Below are positions 18,296 through 27,453 of a stretch of DNA of 32,000 nucleotides, piece by piece. The stretch covers positions 2,610,001 through 2,642,000 of the forward strand of contig NC_017039.1 in assembly GCF_000284455.1 (NCBI RefSeq), read 5' to 3'. The position numbers and the translations under genes were made by a program. The notes beneath the pieces are model-generated. The model was not told the origin of the DNA, ran no database searches, and was given only the letters and a program-made list of their open reading frames with translations. Every line of letters starts with the position of its first letter. Position 1 is the stretch's first letter. The DNA comes from Synechocystis sp. PCC 6803 substr. PCC-P (GTDB lineage: Bacteria; Cyanobacteriota; Cyanobacteriia; Cyanobacteriales; Microcystaceae).

Positions 18296-18898
18296 TCAAG
18301 AGCTAATCCTTGGCACCAGGGGAATCTGCCGCAACTTAATGCCGGGAATGGTGAACTGTTGTTCGATCTGATTTGGCTCTAGGGGAATCGTCTCAGTAAA
18401 CTTGGACTGGCTTGTGGATAACACCCCCAACACACTCAGGGGCACCTGCAAAAATAAATTGGCCATCAAATAGGCGATCGCCGCTAGCCCAACCCCTGCC
18501 AAACGAATCTGGGGCAAATCCGTCACCCAAGGATAGGCGATCGGAGCGTAGTAATACACCAGCCACAATAGACCCAGACTAATTATTCCCCCAAACAAAG
18601 TAATCCATCGTTGTTGGCTCCGTTTAAACAAACTTAAAATTCGCAGTTGGTCTTCCCCCAAACTATCCTGGCGCAGAGCAATGATCAGCAAACTAAAAAT
18701 CTCAAAGGGCTTAAACCATTGCATCACCATCACTGGCAACCAACCCACTGCAATTAAGAAAATTAGTTCCAGGCCATAAACAGAAAAAGGGGTTCCCAGC
18801 GCTAACCCCAACATCATGGTTAACAGGGCCAATGGCACCACCACAATCCCCGCCAAATGAATCCAGAGAAATGGTTCTGCCCGAAAAGATGCGCCCAT
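18296..18898 (-). CDS. Conserved hypothetical multi-pass membrane protein
   Basis: 200-aa ORF with about 5 hydrophobic helices and a polar C-terminal tail. I recognise no catalytic motif. Confidence 0.6.
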   Translation of the reverse strand: MGASFRAEPFLWIHLAGIVVVPLALLTMMLGLALGTPFSVYGLELIFLIAVGWLPVMVMQWFKPFEIFSLLIIALRQDSLGEDQLRILSLFKRSQQRWITLFGGIISLGLLWLVYYYAPIAYPWVTDLPQIRLAGVGLAAIAYLMANLFLQVPLSVLGVLSTSQSKFTETIPLEPNQIEQQFTIPGIKLRQIPLVPRISS

Positions 18899-19033
18899 GG
18901 TTTAAATGCCTAATTGCTGATCTGGTAGTTGTACCGCACTGCGTCTAATAATACCAAATTGCCTTGGCCCAGAGCTTTTGAGTTAGATTATTTTTTCAAG
19001 ATTATTAGAAATACTGATTGGAGTAGTGATGGA

Positions 19034-19435
19034 TCAAAGCCAGTTTTCAACGGACAGACCAGGCATCCGTTTAAACTCTCCAGTATTGTCAGTTACGAGA
19101 ATCAAATTAGCGTAAATAGCTTGACTAGCAATTAAAAGAGCATTGCCACCTATGGGAGTTCCCTGGTGTTCTAAAATAGCTCTGATTTTGCCATACACTT
19201 TCTCCATGCCCGCAAGCATTGGCGCAATGGGAACCAAGTCTAGAATTAAGTTAACCCTTTCCTGTAGCCTTTTTGATTGTTTTTTCTCCGCACCAAAAGC
19301 TAATTCACAAGCCACGATAATACTTGTGGAGATGTTAGCTTCCCCTACCTCTTTAATTTTGAAGAAAATCGTTCCGTTAGGATGACGAATCAAATTAGAA
19401 AGTATATTTCTGTCTAGCAAATAAGGATACTGCAC
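19034..19435 (-). CDS. vapC: PIN-domain toxin VapC
   Basis: LLDRNIL (Asp8), ACELAFG (Glu44), IGGNALLIAS and LVTDNTGEF match the PIN layout. The GTG start lies 2 nt after the vapB stop. The locus is visibly AT-rich. Confidence 0.8.
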   Translation of the reverse strand: MQYPYLLDRNILSNLIRHPNGTIFFKIKEVGEANISTSIIVACELAFGAEKKQSKRLQERVNLILDLVPIAPMLAGMEKVYGKIRAILEHQGTPIGGNALLIASQAIYANLILVTDNTGEFKRMPGLSVENWL

Positions 19436-19437
19436 AC

Positions 19438-19695
19438 TTATAAATTAATATTATCTAGAGGAAGATTGTCAGTAAAATTTTCGGGAAAACTTTCTTCTAT
19501 GTCATCCAAAAGAACCAGTTTGGCCAATAGAGAGGGTTGGGGAAGAGGCTCTATAATTAGGCGGCCATCCTGGCAATAAATTTCCACTTCGGTGGCATTG
19601 AGACGAAGATCTTCTGGTAGTGTTAGACTCTGACTTTTGCCACGGGAATCCAGTTTAACAACATAGGTTGAAGACATAGTTACAGATCTTTTCAT
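19438..19695 (-). CDS. vapB: AbrB/SpoVT-type antitoxin VapB
   Basis: 85-aa ORF directly upstream of the PIN gene. N-terminal beta-rich VVKLDSRGKSQSLTLPEDL...IEP fits a swapped-hairpin fold, and the tail is acidic. Confidence 0.75.
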   Translation of the reverse strand: MKRSVTMSSTYVVKLDSRGKSQSLTLPEDLRLNATEVEIYCQDGRLIIEPLPQPSLLAKLVLLDDIEESFPENFTDNLPLDNINL

Positions 19696-19950
19696 GGAAA
19701 TAATTTTAGCTCAGCCTTGGGTAGTTAAAATTTTCTTACTAGGTCAGTTTGCGAGGTGATGGGAGCGATAATTCAAGGGGAAAATTATGACTCTATAGTC
19801 TTAGGAATCTAAACTTAGTCTAGTCATACCTATCAGTCATAATTCTAGCAAGGGTTTCTACCCAAAGTAAGAATCCCCGAAAAGCTTATCAGGGAAGCCT
19901 CGAGGACAAAAAATGAATTTAGGATAAATCTAAATCTGGATTGCGATTAA

Positions 19951-21336
19951 CTAATCTGGGGTGGGAACTGGTTTTTCCGGAGCTTCCTCCTTTTTGGCCC
20001 CTTCAAACACAGCCCGCAACCAAGGGGGAGCCACAAAGGTAGTAACAATGACCATTACGATGATGGCGGCATCGGTGGCAGGATCCAACGCTCCACTAGC
20101 GGCCCCTACCCCAGCAAAAACTAGACCCACTTCTCCCCGGGGAATCATGCCTACCCCGATCGCCAATTTGTTCAATTCCGACTTACCAAACAGGGTAAAA
20201 CCGGTAACCACCTTACCCACGATCGCCACCAGGATTAAAAAGGCGGCAATAATCAAACCTTCTCGGTTAGCAGGTACGGCGGGGTTCAGCACACTGACAT
20301 CGGTTTTGGCCCCCACACAGACAAAAAATACCGGCACAAAAAAGTCTGCCAGAGGCAAAATTTGTTCTTCTAAATCTTCCCGCTTTTCCGTTTCCGCTAG
20401 GATTAACCCCGCTGCGAAGGAACCCAAAATCGCCTCTAACTGAACAATTTGGGCAATGTAGGAAAGGACAAACGCCACACAAATGGATACCAAGAGCAAC
20501 TGACCCCTGGTTTTCATGCGGTTGACTAGGCTGACATAGAAGGGGCTGAGCAGGCGACCAATTAAAATTGAACCCACCACAAAACCGGTGGCACTAAGGA
20601 TTAAGTAGATAATATTGCTGATTTGGATCTCCCCAGTTTTTACCAAGCTACCCACCACCGCCAGCACAATAATGCCGAGGATATCGTCCAATACTGCTGC
20701 ACCAATAATGATCTGCCCTTCATTGGAACTAAGGCGGTTGATCTCAGCCAACACCTTCGCAGTGATGCCGATACTGGTGGCCGTCAGGGCCGCCCCCGCA
20801 AAAATTGCTGGAATGGCCGCCACCCCAAAAATGGTCATCAAACCGATGGTGCCCAAACTAAAAGGAGTTACTACCCCCACCACCGCCACGATCGCCGCTT
20901 GGGGACCCACCCGAATCAGTTCCTTGAGGTTAGACTCCAAACCAATTTCAAATAGGAGAATAATTACCCCCAACTCGGAAATGACGGAAATCACTTCACT
21001 CTGGGCACTGAAAACGGACTGGGCCGCTTCCGGGGATAAATCCGCGGATCCCATCAGCAGTTGAATAACGAGGGAATCTTCGGGGGCCAGACCTCCTTCG
21101 GGAAATAATAATAGTTTCAGGGCCGAAACCCCCACTAACACGCCCCCCACCAATTCTCCTAGCACTGGCGGCAGATTGAGTCGGAGACAAACTTCCCCGC
21201 CCAACTTACTAGCAAAATAGATCACCACCAGACTGAGGAGCACCCCAGCCAATACCAATGGAGCTATTTCCGTTTCTGTTTCTACGGCAGTGGCGATCAT
21301 TGGCCACAGGGGAGGGAGCAATGGGTTCATAAACAT
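19951..21336 (-). CDS. nhaS3: CPA2-family Na+/H+ (cation/proton) antiporter
   Basis: 461 aa with about 12 TM helices and Kef/NapA-like glycine-rich helices. The symbol is from memory of the Synechocystis map. Confidence 0.75.
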   Translation of the reverse strand: MFMNPLLPPLWPMIATAVETETEIAPLVLAGVLLSLVVIYFASKLGGEVCLRLNLPPVLGELVGGVLVGVSALKLLLFPEGGLAPEDSLVIQLLMGSADLSPEAAQSVFSAQSEVISVISELGVIILLFEIGLESNLKELIRVGPQAAIVAVVGVVTPFSLGTIGLMTIFGVAAIPAIFAGAALTATSIGITAKVLAEINRLSSNEGQIIIGAAVLDDILGIIVLAVVGSLVKTGEIQISNIIYLILSATGFVVGSILIGRLLSPFYVSLVNRMKTRGQLLLVSICVAFVLSYIAQIVQLEAILGSFAAGLILAETEKREDLEEQILPLADFFVPVFFVCVGAKTDVSVLNPAVPANREGLIIAAFLILVAIVGKVVTGFTLFGKSELNKLAIGVGMIPRGEVGLVFAGVGAASGALDPATDAAIIVMVIVTTFVAPPWLRAVFEGAKKEEAPEKPVPTPD

Positions 21337-21678
21337 TTACATTGGATGTCATCTCTAAGCAGGATAAGGCAAAAGCTCCCCAATTTTTAGTGGCGTAGGA
21401 CTCTGAAAATACAATCCAAACCATTCACTGAGATAGATATTTTCACTGTAGACCAGGGGCAATGGTCAATAGAAGTTGTTATTAACTATAATTCTAGTTT
21501 TTGAAATTTATTTGAAAAATTGAGGTGTGGCAGTTAAATCTCCCCCTTGTTTGAGTAGGGATTTTAGTGGGGCGATTGAGCGGGATGATCCTATCTTTAA
21601 TTGACTTAAGTTTAGAACTAAAAAGACTGATCAAAGGCTGCTAGATAGATGATTTTAATTGTGTCAAACGTCCCTAGC

Positions 21679-22497
21679 TCAAGATTGGAAAGGCGTCTGT
21701 TGGCCTTGGATCACCATTTCTCCCCGGGGTTGACGGGCAGAAACTTCTTTTTCCTCTGTGACCATCACTTCCGAGGCAGACAACCATTTTTCAAAAGGAA
21801 TCTCTAGCAAAACTTCCCCTTGGGCATTGGGTAGAAAAGAACGACAGGGCACTTTTTTGCCATCAATCACAGCCCAAAGTTGGTAAACCTTACCGTCCTT
21901 AATCGGAGGTACATCCCTTAGCACTAATAGTGCTGATGCACTTTCTGCGCCCACAATTAAACTGCCCGTTGCTTGGGATTTAGCCTGGGTGGCCCGCAGG
22001 GTTAAAAAGTTTTTGTTGGGTTCCTGAAGAAGATTAACTACCTGACGATAGGCCGACAATTGTTCAGTCTGCTGTTGATCCCCTTGGGAGTCAAGCACCT
22101 GTTGCAATGTCTGATTAGTTTGCTCAATGGTGGCTAATTGTTCCTGTAGTCGATAATTTTGCCAGCTTAAACCGGCGATCGCCGTGGCCAGTACACCGCC
22201 CAAAGCTAGTTTTCCCCAGGTAAACTTGGGAGTCGATTTAATTACGGATGGAGAAAATTGATTAACTGAAGATTGGGAAAGCAATAGGGGCGGTGGAACA
22301 TCGGCCGAGGATAGTCCCAAGGGCAAAAGGTTGAGGGTAGCCCGCAGTTGCTCAACTTCCCTTACCAGGACTGGATTTTGGCTTAATAACTCCTCCACCT
22401 GGGCCTGCTCCCCTGGATTTAAATCTTCTAGCACATAGCCCGCCAACAATTCCTGCAGGGAGATCGGGTTTAGGGATTCCATCGGTTTACTCCACAA
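21679..22497 (-). CDS. Anti-sigma factor, RskA-like (one TM helix, extracytoplasmic C-terminal domain)
   Basis: N-terminus LQELLAGYVLEDLNPGEQAQVEELL, TM helix LALGGVLATAIAGL, and C-terminus YQLWAV..GK in RskA style. The TTG at 22497 overlaps the sigma stop. ATG 22482 is the more likely start. Confidence 0.7.
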   Translation of the reverse strand: MWSKPMESLNPISLQELLAGYVLEDLNPGEQAQVEELLSQNPVLVREVEQLRATLNLLPLGLSSADVPPPLLLSQSSVNQFSPSVIKSTPKFTWGKLALGGVLATAIAGLSWQNYRLQEQLATIEQTNQTLQQVLDSQGDQQQTEQLSAYRQVVNLLQEPNKNFLTLRATQAKSQATGSLIVGAESASALLVLRDVPPIKDGKVYQLWAVIDGKKVPCRSFLPNAQGEVLLEIPFEKWLSASEVMVTEEKEVSARQPRGEMVIQGQQTPFQS

Positions 22498-23044
22498 GAT
22501 CCTGTAATAAATTTTTTAGCTTTAATAACCCCTGACGGGAACGGGTTTTAACCGTACCAAGGGGAATGGCTAATTTTTGGGTAATTTCCGACTGACTCAG
22601 CCCTTCATAGTAAGCCAGCTCCAACACCTGCCTTTGGTTAGGGGGCAAAGTCTCCAAGGCCGATGCTACCCGTTGGGACAACTCGGACAAAGCAGCGTTT
22701 TCCATAGGTAAATTGGGAACATTCGTTAAGTGGTTGTGTTGACAGGCTTTTAACAGTCGCCCTCGGCTCCGACCCTGGCGAATTCGGTTCAAGGCCCGGG
22801 AACGGGTGAGGGTAAGCAAAAAATTGAGTAAATTCCCCCGTTGGGAGTTGTAGGGAGTGGTGGTCTCCAGGCTAAGGAAAATTTCCTGGGTTAAATCCTC
22901 CGCATCCTGGGAGCGCTGCAATATGCGTAGGGCTAAACGATAAACCACCGCACCGTAGCGGTTATAGAGAACTCCTAGGGCAAAGGAATCTCCCCGTTGC
23001 ACCGCCGCCATAATTTCTCCGTCATCCTGCACCACGACTTGCAT
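22487..23044 (-). CDS. sigI: ECF-type RNA polymerase sigma factor
   Basis: Region 2 (DAEDLTQEIFL) and region 4 (LELAYYEGLSQSEITQKLAIPLGTVKTRSRQGLLKL). The symbol is from memory. Confidence 0.8.
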   Translation of the reverse strand: MQVVVQDDGEIMAAVQRGDSFALGVLYNRYGAVVYRLALRILQRSQDAEDLTQEIFLSLETTTPYNSQRGNLLNFLLTLTRSRALNRIRQGRSRGRLLKACQHNHLTNVPNLPMENAALSELSQRVASALETLPPNQRQVLELAYYEGLSQSEITQKLAIPLGTVKTRSRQGLLKLKNLLQDLVE

Positions 23045-23045
23045 A

Positions 23046-23873
23046 CTAGAAAAACCAACCCAGTCCTGTCAGCAGATAATATCCCCCTGCTAACATCAAC
23101 AAGCCACTACCAAGTCCCGTAACCCAATGGGAGTTTTTTAGTAAAACCCGGCTCTGTTTGATCAAACCAGTGAACAGGCTAGCGAAGAAAATAACGGCGG
23201 TGTAACCCAAAGCATAGAAAACCATCGCCATCACACTTAAACTCTGGGAACCGGTGGTGGAAGCCGCAGCTAACACGGCAAATAATACCGGACTGGCACA
23301 GGGAGAACTCACCAAAGCAAAGGTCATACCCACCCCCAGGGGCCCTGCCACAGGCAAATTAATTTGGGTTTTGGGTAGGGGTAAATGAACTAGTCCGGCA
23401 AAACTCAATCCCATGACCAGAATGATGGTGCCGATCGCCACATGAACGTAGCCCTTAAAGTCCACAATGACGGCGGTGGCAAAGGCGGAGACCAAGCCAA
23501 ATAAGCTGAGCACAATTACCGTACCTAAGACAAATAGGCTAGCTTTGCCCAGGGCTTGGCGGCGGGAAGTAACTTGCAGAGTGCCAATGTAGCTCAGATT
23601 CACCGGCAATAGGGCGAGGATACAGGGGGAAAAACTAGCAAGCAGTCCCCCCAGAAAAGCCAGAGGTAGCAATACCAGGGGATTGCCGGTGTTTTGCTGG
23701 TCAAACCATTGCTGGTAATGATTTTCAACCGCGGCAATGAAATGATCCAGGCCCGCTGTCAGGGAGGCCCATTGACTAGTGAGCACCACTAAGGACAGGG
23801 CTCCCAAAAATAAAATTAGGCAAAATGCCCAGGGAGCCATGGAGGAAAAGGAGCGACGGGCACGATTTAACAT
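23046..23873 (-). CDS. ccdA: CcdA/DsbD-family thiol-disulfide electron transporter
   Basis: Polytopic membrane protein with the two conserved SPC motifs (SFSPCILALLP and SSPCASPVLF). Confidence 0.8.
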   Translation of the reverse strand: MLNRARRSFSSMAPWAFCLILFLGALSLVVLTSQWASLTAGLDHFIAAVENHYQQWFDQQNTGNPLVLLPLAFLGGLLASFSPCILALLPVNLSYIGTLQVTSRRQALGKASLFVLGTVIVLSLFGLVSAFATAVIVDFKGYVHVAIGTIILVMGLSFAGLVHLPLPKTQINLPVAGPLGVGMTFALVSSPCASPVLFAVLAAASTTGSQSLSVMAMVFYALGYTAVIFFASLFTGLIKQSRVLLKNSHWVTGLGSGLLMLAGGYYLLTGLGWFF

Positions 23874-24062
23874 GGCGATTTCAGAATTTGGTCAACGAGG
23901 AGCGAAGCAGAGGCTGACCAAACCGCCTGCGCCCCGGTGGGGAGGAAATATTTTGATAAAACCTCCAAGGTTGCTAGAGCTTAAGTGGCCCCGGGTCGGA
24001 AAATGGACAAAATTATGCAAAAAGAAATGGGGCGATTTCGGTAACAAACCCCCCGGCGTCAA

Positions 24063-24551
24063 CTATTTTTTCGCCATTCTGGAAATTTCCCCATCAATTA
24101 CCTTGGCGTAGTCCCCAGCATTGGCATTTTTACGAAATTGCTGGACAACCATCCCTGTGGCGGGATCAATGATGGCAACGGTGGCGGTTTGGGTTTTATT
24201 GGCTTCAAAGAAGGTTGTTAGCCCCAACTGCTTGGCTTTAGCTTCCGCCGCTTTGGTTGTGTTCTTGTCTGAAACATCCAGCACCACAAAGTTCACTTTG
24301 CCCTGGTACTGCTTCTTCAACTGACTAAGGGTAGGAGCAATGGTCTGACAGCCGGGGCACCAAGTGGCATAGATATCCACCACCACTGGTTTGCCTTGGA
24401 GGGAAGGGGACAGGGCTTTGGGGGCCTGGGTCTGCATCATTTGGGCAACGCTGACTTGGGGAGAGGAAAGACTCACCGAAGCCACGCCGAGGGCACCACC
24501 AAGAAAGGCGATCGCCAGAGTAGATGTTAAAAAGGAGCGGGTAGTTTTCAC
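24063..24551 (-). CDS. Secreted or lumenal thioredoxin-like protein (WCPGC)
   Basis: Signal-peptide-like N-terminus, active site YATWCPGCQ and a TlpA/thioredoxin fold pattern. GTG start. Confidence 0.8.
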   Translation of the reverse strand: MKTTRSFLTSTLAIAFLGGALGVASVSLSSPQVSVAQMMQTQAPKALSPSLQGKPVVVDIYATWCPGCQTIAPTLSQLKKQYQGKVNFVVLDVSDKNTTKAAEAKAKQLGLTTFFEANKTQTATVAIIDPATGMVVQQFRKNANAGDYAKVIDGEISRMAKK

Positions 24552-24654
24552 AGAAAGTGCCTCAATGGAAGGTTCACTTTCTATACACCTCTGACCCGGC
24601 TTTTGGATTTATTTAATTTCACCAACTTGATTTAATTAGTTAATTGACAGTTAA

Positions 24655-25455
24655 TTAACCGAAACGACCACTGACATAATCCCGAGTCGATTCCTTGAGC
24701 GGATTTTGGAAAATTTCTTCCGTGGGGCCATATTCCACTAAGCTGCCCACTTTGGCACCTCTGTCTACCGATTCCACATTGAAAAATGCCGTGTAGTCCG
24801 ACACCCGGGACGCCTGTTGCATGTTGTGGGTCACAATCACAATGGTGAATTGCTCTTTGAGTTCGTGCATTAACCCTTCAATCTTCAAGGTAGAAATGGG
24901 GTCGAGGGCCGAACAAGGTTCATCCATCAAAATTACTTCCGGCTGAACGGCGATCGCCCGGGCAATGCAGAGCCGTTGTTGCTGACCACCGGAGAGGGAA
25001 AAGCCACTGGCTTTCAATTTATCTTTCACTTCGTCCCAGAGGGCGGCCCGACGCAGGGAAGTTTCCACCAATTCGTCCATATCCCCTTGGAAATTGTTTA
25101 GCTTAGCTCCCCAGGCAATGTTTTCGTAAATTGACTTGGGAAAAGGATTGGCTTTCTGAAATACCATGCCAATGGAACAGCGTAAACCCACCGGATCAAC
25201 GCTGGGGGCATAAATATCCGAACCGTGGTAGGTAATGCGTCCCTCCACCCTGGCGATGGAAACCAAATCATTCATGCGATTGAAGCAACGGAGCAGGGTG
25301 CTCTTACCACAACCGGAGGGACCAATAAAAGCCACCACCCGTCTTTCGGGAATGGAAATATTGCAATCTTTGACTGCAAGGTGGGAACCGTAATAAACGT
25401 TAACGCCCTGGGCTTCTAACACCCCCTTCGTGGCCACGCCGTTGGAAACTACCAT
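24655..25455 (-). CDS. pstB: Phosphate ABC transporter ATP-binding protein, second copy
   Basis: Walker [10 protein letters not shown], signature [14 protein letters not shown], Walker [13 protein letters not shown] and the PstB-specific C-terminus. Confidence 0.92.
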   Translation of the reverse strand: MVVSNGVATKGVLEAQGVNVYYGSHLAVKDCNISIPERRVVAFIGPSGCGKSTLLRCFNRMNDLVSIARVEGRITYHGSDIYAPSVDPVGLRCSIGMVFQKANPFPKSIYENIAWGAKLNNFQGDMDELVETSLRRAALWDEVKDKLKASGFSLSGGQQQRLCIARAIAVQPEVILMDEPCSALDPISTLKIEGLMHELKEQFTIVIVTHNMQQASRVSDYTAFFNVESVDRGAKVGSLVEYGPTEEIFQNPLKESTRDYVSGRFG

Positions 25456-25569
25456 AACTAATATCCTCTTGAAAATTTAAAAATAATTGGTTACTAATAA
25501 CGGAAAAGCTTGGGTTGTTCTAGACCGAGGGACTTCCCAGGTTTGACAGAGTAAAACAGAGAGAACCAT

Positions 25570-26397
25570 TTAACCAAAGCGCCCACTGACATAGTCCTTG
25601 GTTTCCTGTTCCTGGGGGTCACCAAACACCTTGCCAGTTCGGTCAAATTCCACCAGATAGCCCACTTTATTGCCTTTGTCCGTGGCTTCTGCGTTGTAAA
25701 AAGCAGTGTAATCCGCCACCCTGGTGGCCTGTTGCATATTGTGGGTAACGATGATGATGGTGTAGTTTTCCTTCAACTCATTCATCAACTCTTCCACTTT
25801 CAGGGTAGAAATGGGGTCTAGCGCTGAGCAGGGTTCATCCATTAACAATACTTCCGGTTGCATGGCGATCGCCCGGGCGATGCAAAGTCGTTGTTGCTGA
25901 CCACCGGAAAGGGAAAAACCACTGGCTTTTAATTTATCTTTCACTTCGTCCCAGAGGGCGGCCCGTCGGAGGGAATCTTCCGCCAACTCTTCCAAATTGC
26001 CTTTGTAGCCATTGACCCTGGCACCGTACACCACGTTATCGAAAATGGTTTTTGGGAAAGGATTAGGCTTTTGGAAAACCATGCCAATATATTTCCGCAC
26101 CGCAGTGACATCAATATTAGGCGAGTAGAGGTCTTGGCTATGGTAAAGAACCTTGCCCTCTAGTCGGAAACTTTCAATCAGGTCATTCAAACGGTTAAAG
26201 CAACGCAAAATGGTACTTTTACCGCAACCGGAGGGGCCAATGAAAGCAGTAATTTTATTTTTAGGAATAGTCAGGGAAACGTCCCGCACTGCCCGGTGGC
26301 TACCGTAATAGATATCTAGGTTCTGGGTAGTAAAGACGGGGATGGTTTCAGTTAATGGTTGCGCCGGGGATTCGTTCATGGGGGATTCCTCATTCAA
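25570..26397 (-). CDS. pstB: Phosphate ABC transporter ATP-binding protein, first copy
   Basis: Same motif set as the other copy, with a longer N-terminus. It is a tandem paralogue of 24655-25455. Confidence 0.92.
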   Translation of the reverse strand: MNEESPMNESPAQPLTETIPVFTTQNLDIYYGSHRAVRDVSLTIPKNKITAFIGPSGCGKSTILRCFNRLNDLIESFRLEGKVLYHSQDLYSPNIDVTAVRKYIGMVFQKPNPFPKTIFDNVVYGARVNGYKGNLEELAEDSLRRAALWDEVKDKLKASGFSLSGGQQQRLCIARAIAMQPEVLLMDEPCSALDPISTLKVEELMNELKENYTIIIVTHNMQQATRVADYTAFYNAEATDKGNKVGYLVEFDRTGKVFGDPQEQETKDYVSGRFG

Positions 26398-26404
26398 TTA
26401 GTAT

Positions 26405-27268
26405 CTAATAAGCCTTCTTCCGGGTAAAGAAGCGGGCGGTGATGTTGGTAATCAGCACTAGAAACACCAGCAATAACGAAGCCGCCCAGGCCAATTCCTG
26501 TTGGGATTTGTAGGGCACCGACGCAAAGTTATAAACCAACACAGCCAGGGTAGCGATGGGTTCTTTTAGTCCCCGGGGCCAGAAGTTGGAGTACAAAGCA
26601 GTGAAAATTAGGGGAGCCGTTTCTCCAGCGGCCCTGGCGATCGCCAATGTGACCCCGGTGATAATGGAGGAAAGGGCAGCGGGCAGAACCACAAATAAAA
26701 CAGTTTGGTATTTGTAGGCCCCTACCCCCAGGGCAGCCCAGCGAATATCCTGGGGCACAATCTGTAAAGCTTCGTCGGTGGTGCGGATAATGGTGGGTAA
26801 CATCAACACCGCCAGGGCAACCCCCCCCGCAATGGCCGAAAAACCAAATAGCCCCGAAGACACCAAGGCACCGTAGGCAAATACCCCGGCAATGATGGAA
26901 GGAATACCGCTCAACAGGTTAGTGGCAAAACGTACCGCCCTGGCCACTTGGTTATCGCCGCTAAATTCGGAAAGATAAACCGCACTCAAAACGCCGATGG
27001 GTACAGCAATCACCGTGGCGATCGCCACCACAATGAAAGTCCCAATAATGGCGTTACCTACCCCACCACCGGCCAAACCGGGAGCCGGAGGTAGTTTGAG
27101 AAAAAGGTTGAGGTTAAGGCTGCGGAAACCCTGAATGGCAACAAAAATCAGCACCGCAAACAGGGGAATAACGGTGGCCAATAGACAGGCCGCCGACACG
27201 GCAGTCATGGAGTAACCAAAGATAGCTCTCAGGTCAGATTTCTTCTTTTGGAGGTTAACGGCGGTCAT
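26405..27268 (-). CDS. pstA: Phosphate ABC transporter permease PstA
   Basis: Six-TM permease with the ARAAGETAPLIFTA loop. Confidence 0.9.
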   Translation of the reverse strand: MTAVNLQKKKSDLRAIFGYSMTAVSAACLLATVIPLFAVLIFVAIQGFRSLNLNLFLKLPPAPGLAGGGVGNAIIGTFIVVAIATVIAVPIGVLSAVYLSEFSGDNQVARAVRFATNLLSGIPSIIAGVFAYGALVSSGLFGFSAIAGGVALAVLMLPTIIRTTDEALQIVPQDIRWAALGVGAYKYQTVLFVVLPAALSSIITGVTLAIARAAGETAPLIFTALYSNFWPRGLKEPIATLAVLVYNFASVPYKSQQELAWAASLLLVFLVLITNITARFFTRKKAY

Positions 27269-27453
27269 GGGTTTGGGGGGCCAGGGCCTAGGAGAATAAG
27301 CAAAAATATAGGTTTGGGAAGAGTTTGAGAGTTCGAGATTCGTCTTTTAAACTGACTGGCTTAATCCAGAGCTTTGATTTAAATTTCGCCCGTAATTGTC
27401 AAGTCAGGGAAACGGCTCAAACAGCCCCTAAGTAAAAATAATTGCAGCAAAAA

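Noticed and set aside
18482-22174. 3.7-kb stretch without a perfect HIP1 site, considered as evidence for a large foreign island covering vapBC and nhaS3
   Set aside because: A similar 3.2-kb HIP1-free gap (28462-31664) covers the core pstS/sphX genes, and nhaS3 carries several 7-of-8 HIP1 variants. At about one site per kb such gaps are expected by chance. Only the roughly 1-kb vapBC segment is compositionally odd.
24628-24660. TTAATTAG / TTAATTGA / TTAATTAA repeats after the second pstB, considered as a Pho box for the thioredoxin-ccdA-sigma cluster
   Set aside because: Unit spacing is irregular (8 and 11 nt) and the octamers do not fit PyTTAAPyPy(T/A). One unit overlaps the pstB stop codon. 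It is probably just an AT-rich spacer, worth revisiting only if the downstream genes prove phosphate-regulated.
27321-27345. GAGTTCGAGATTCG, which resembles a tRNA T-arm
   Set aside because: I could fold no acceptor stem, anticodon arm or D-arm around it, so it is not a tRNA.
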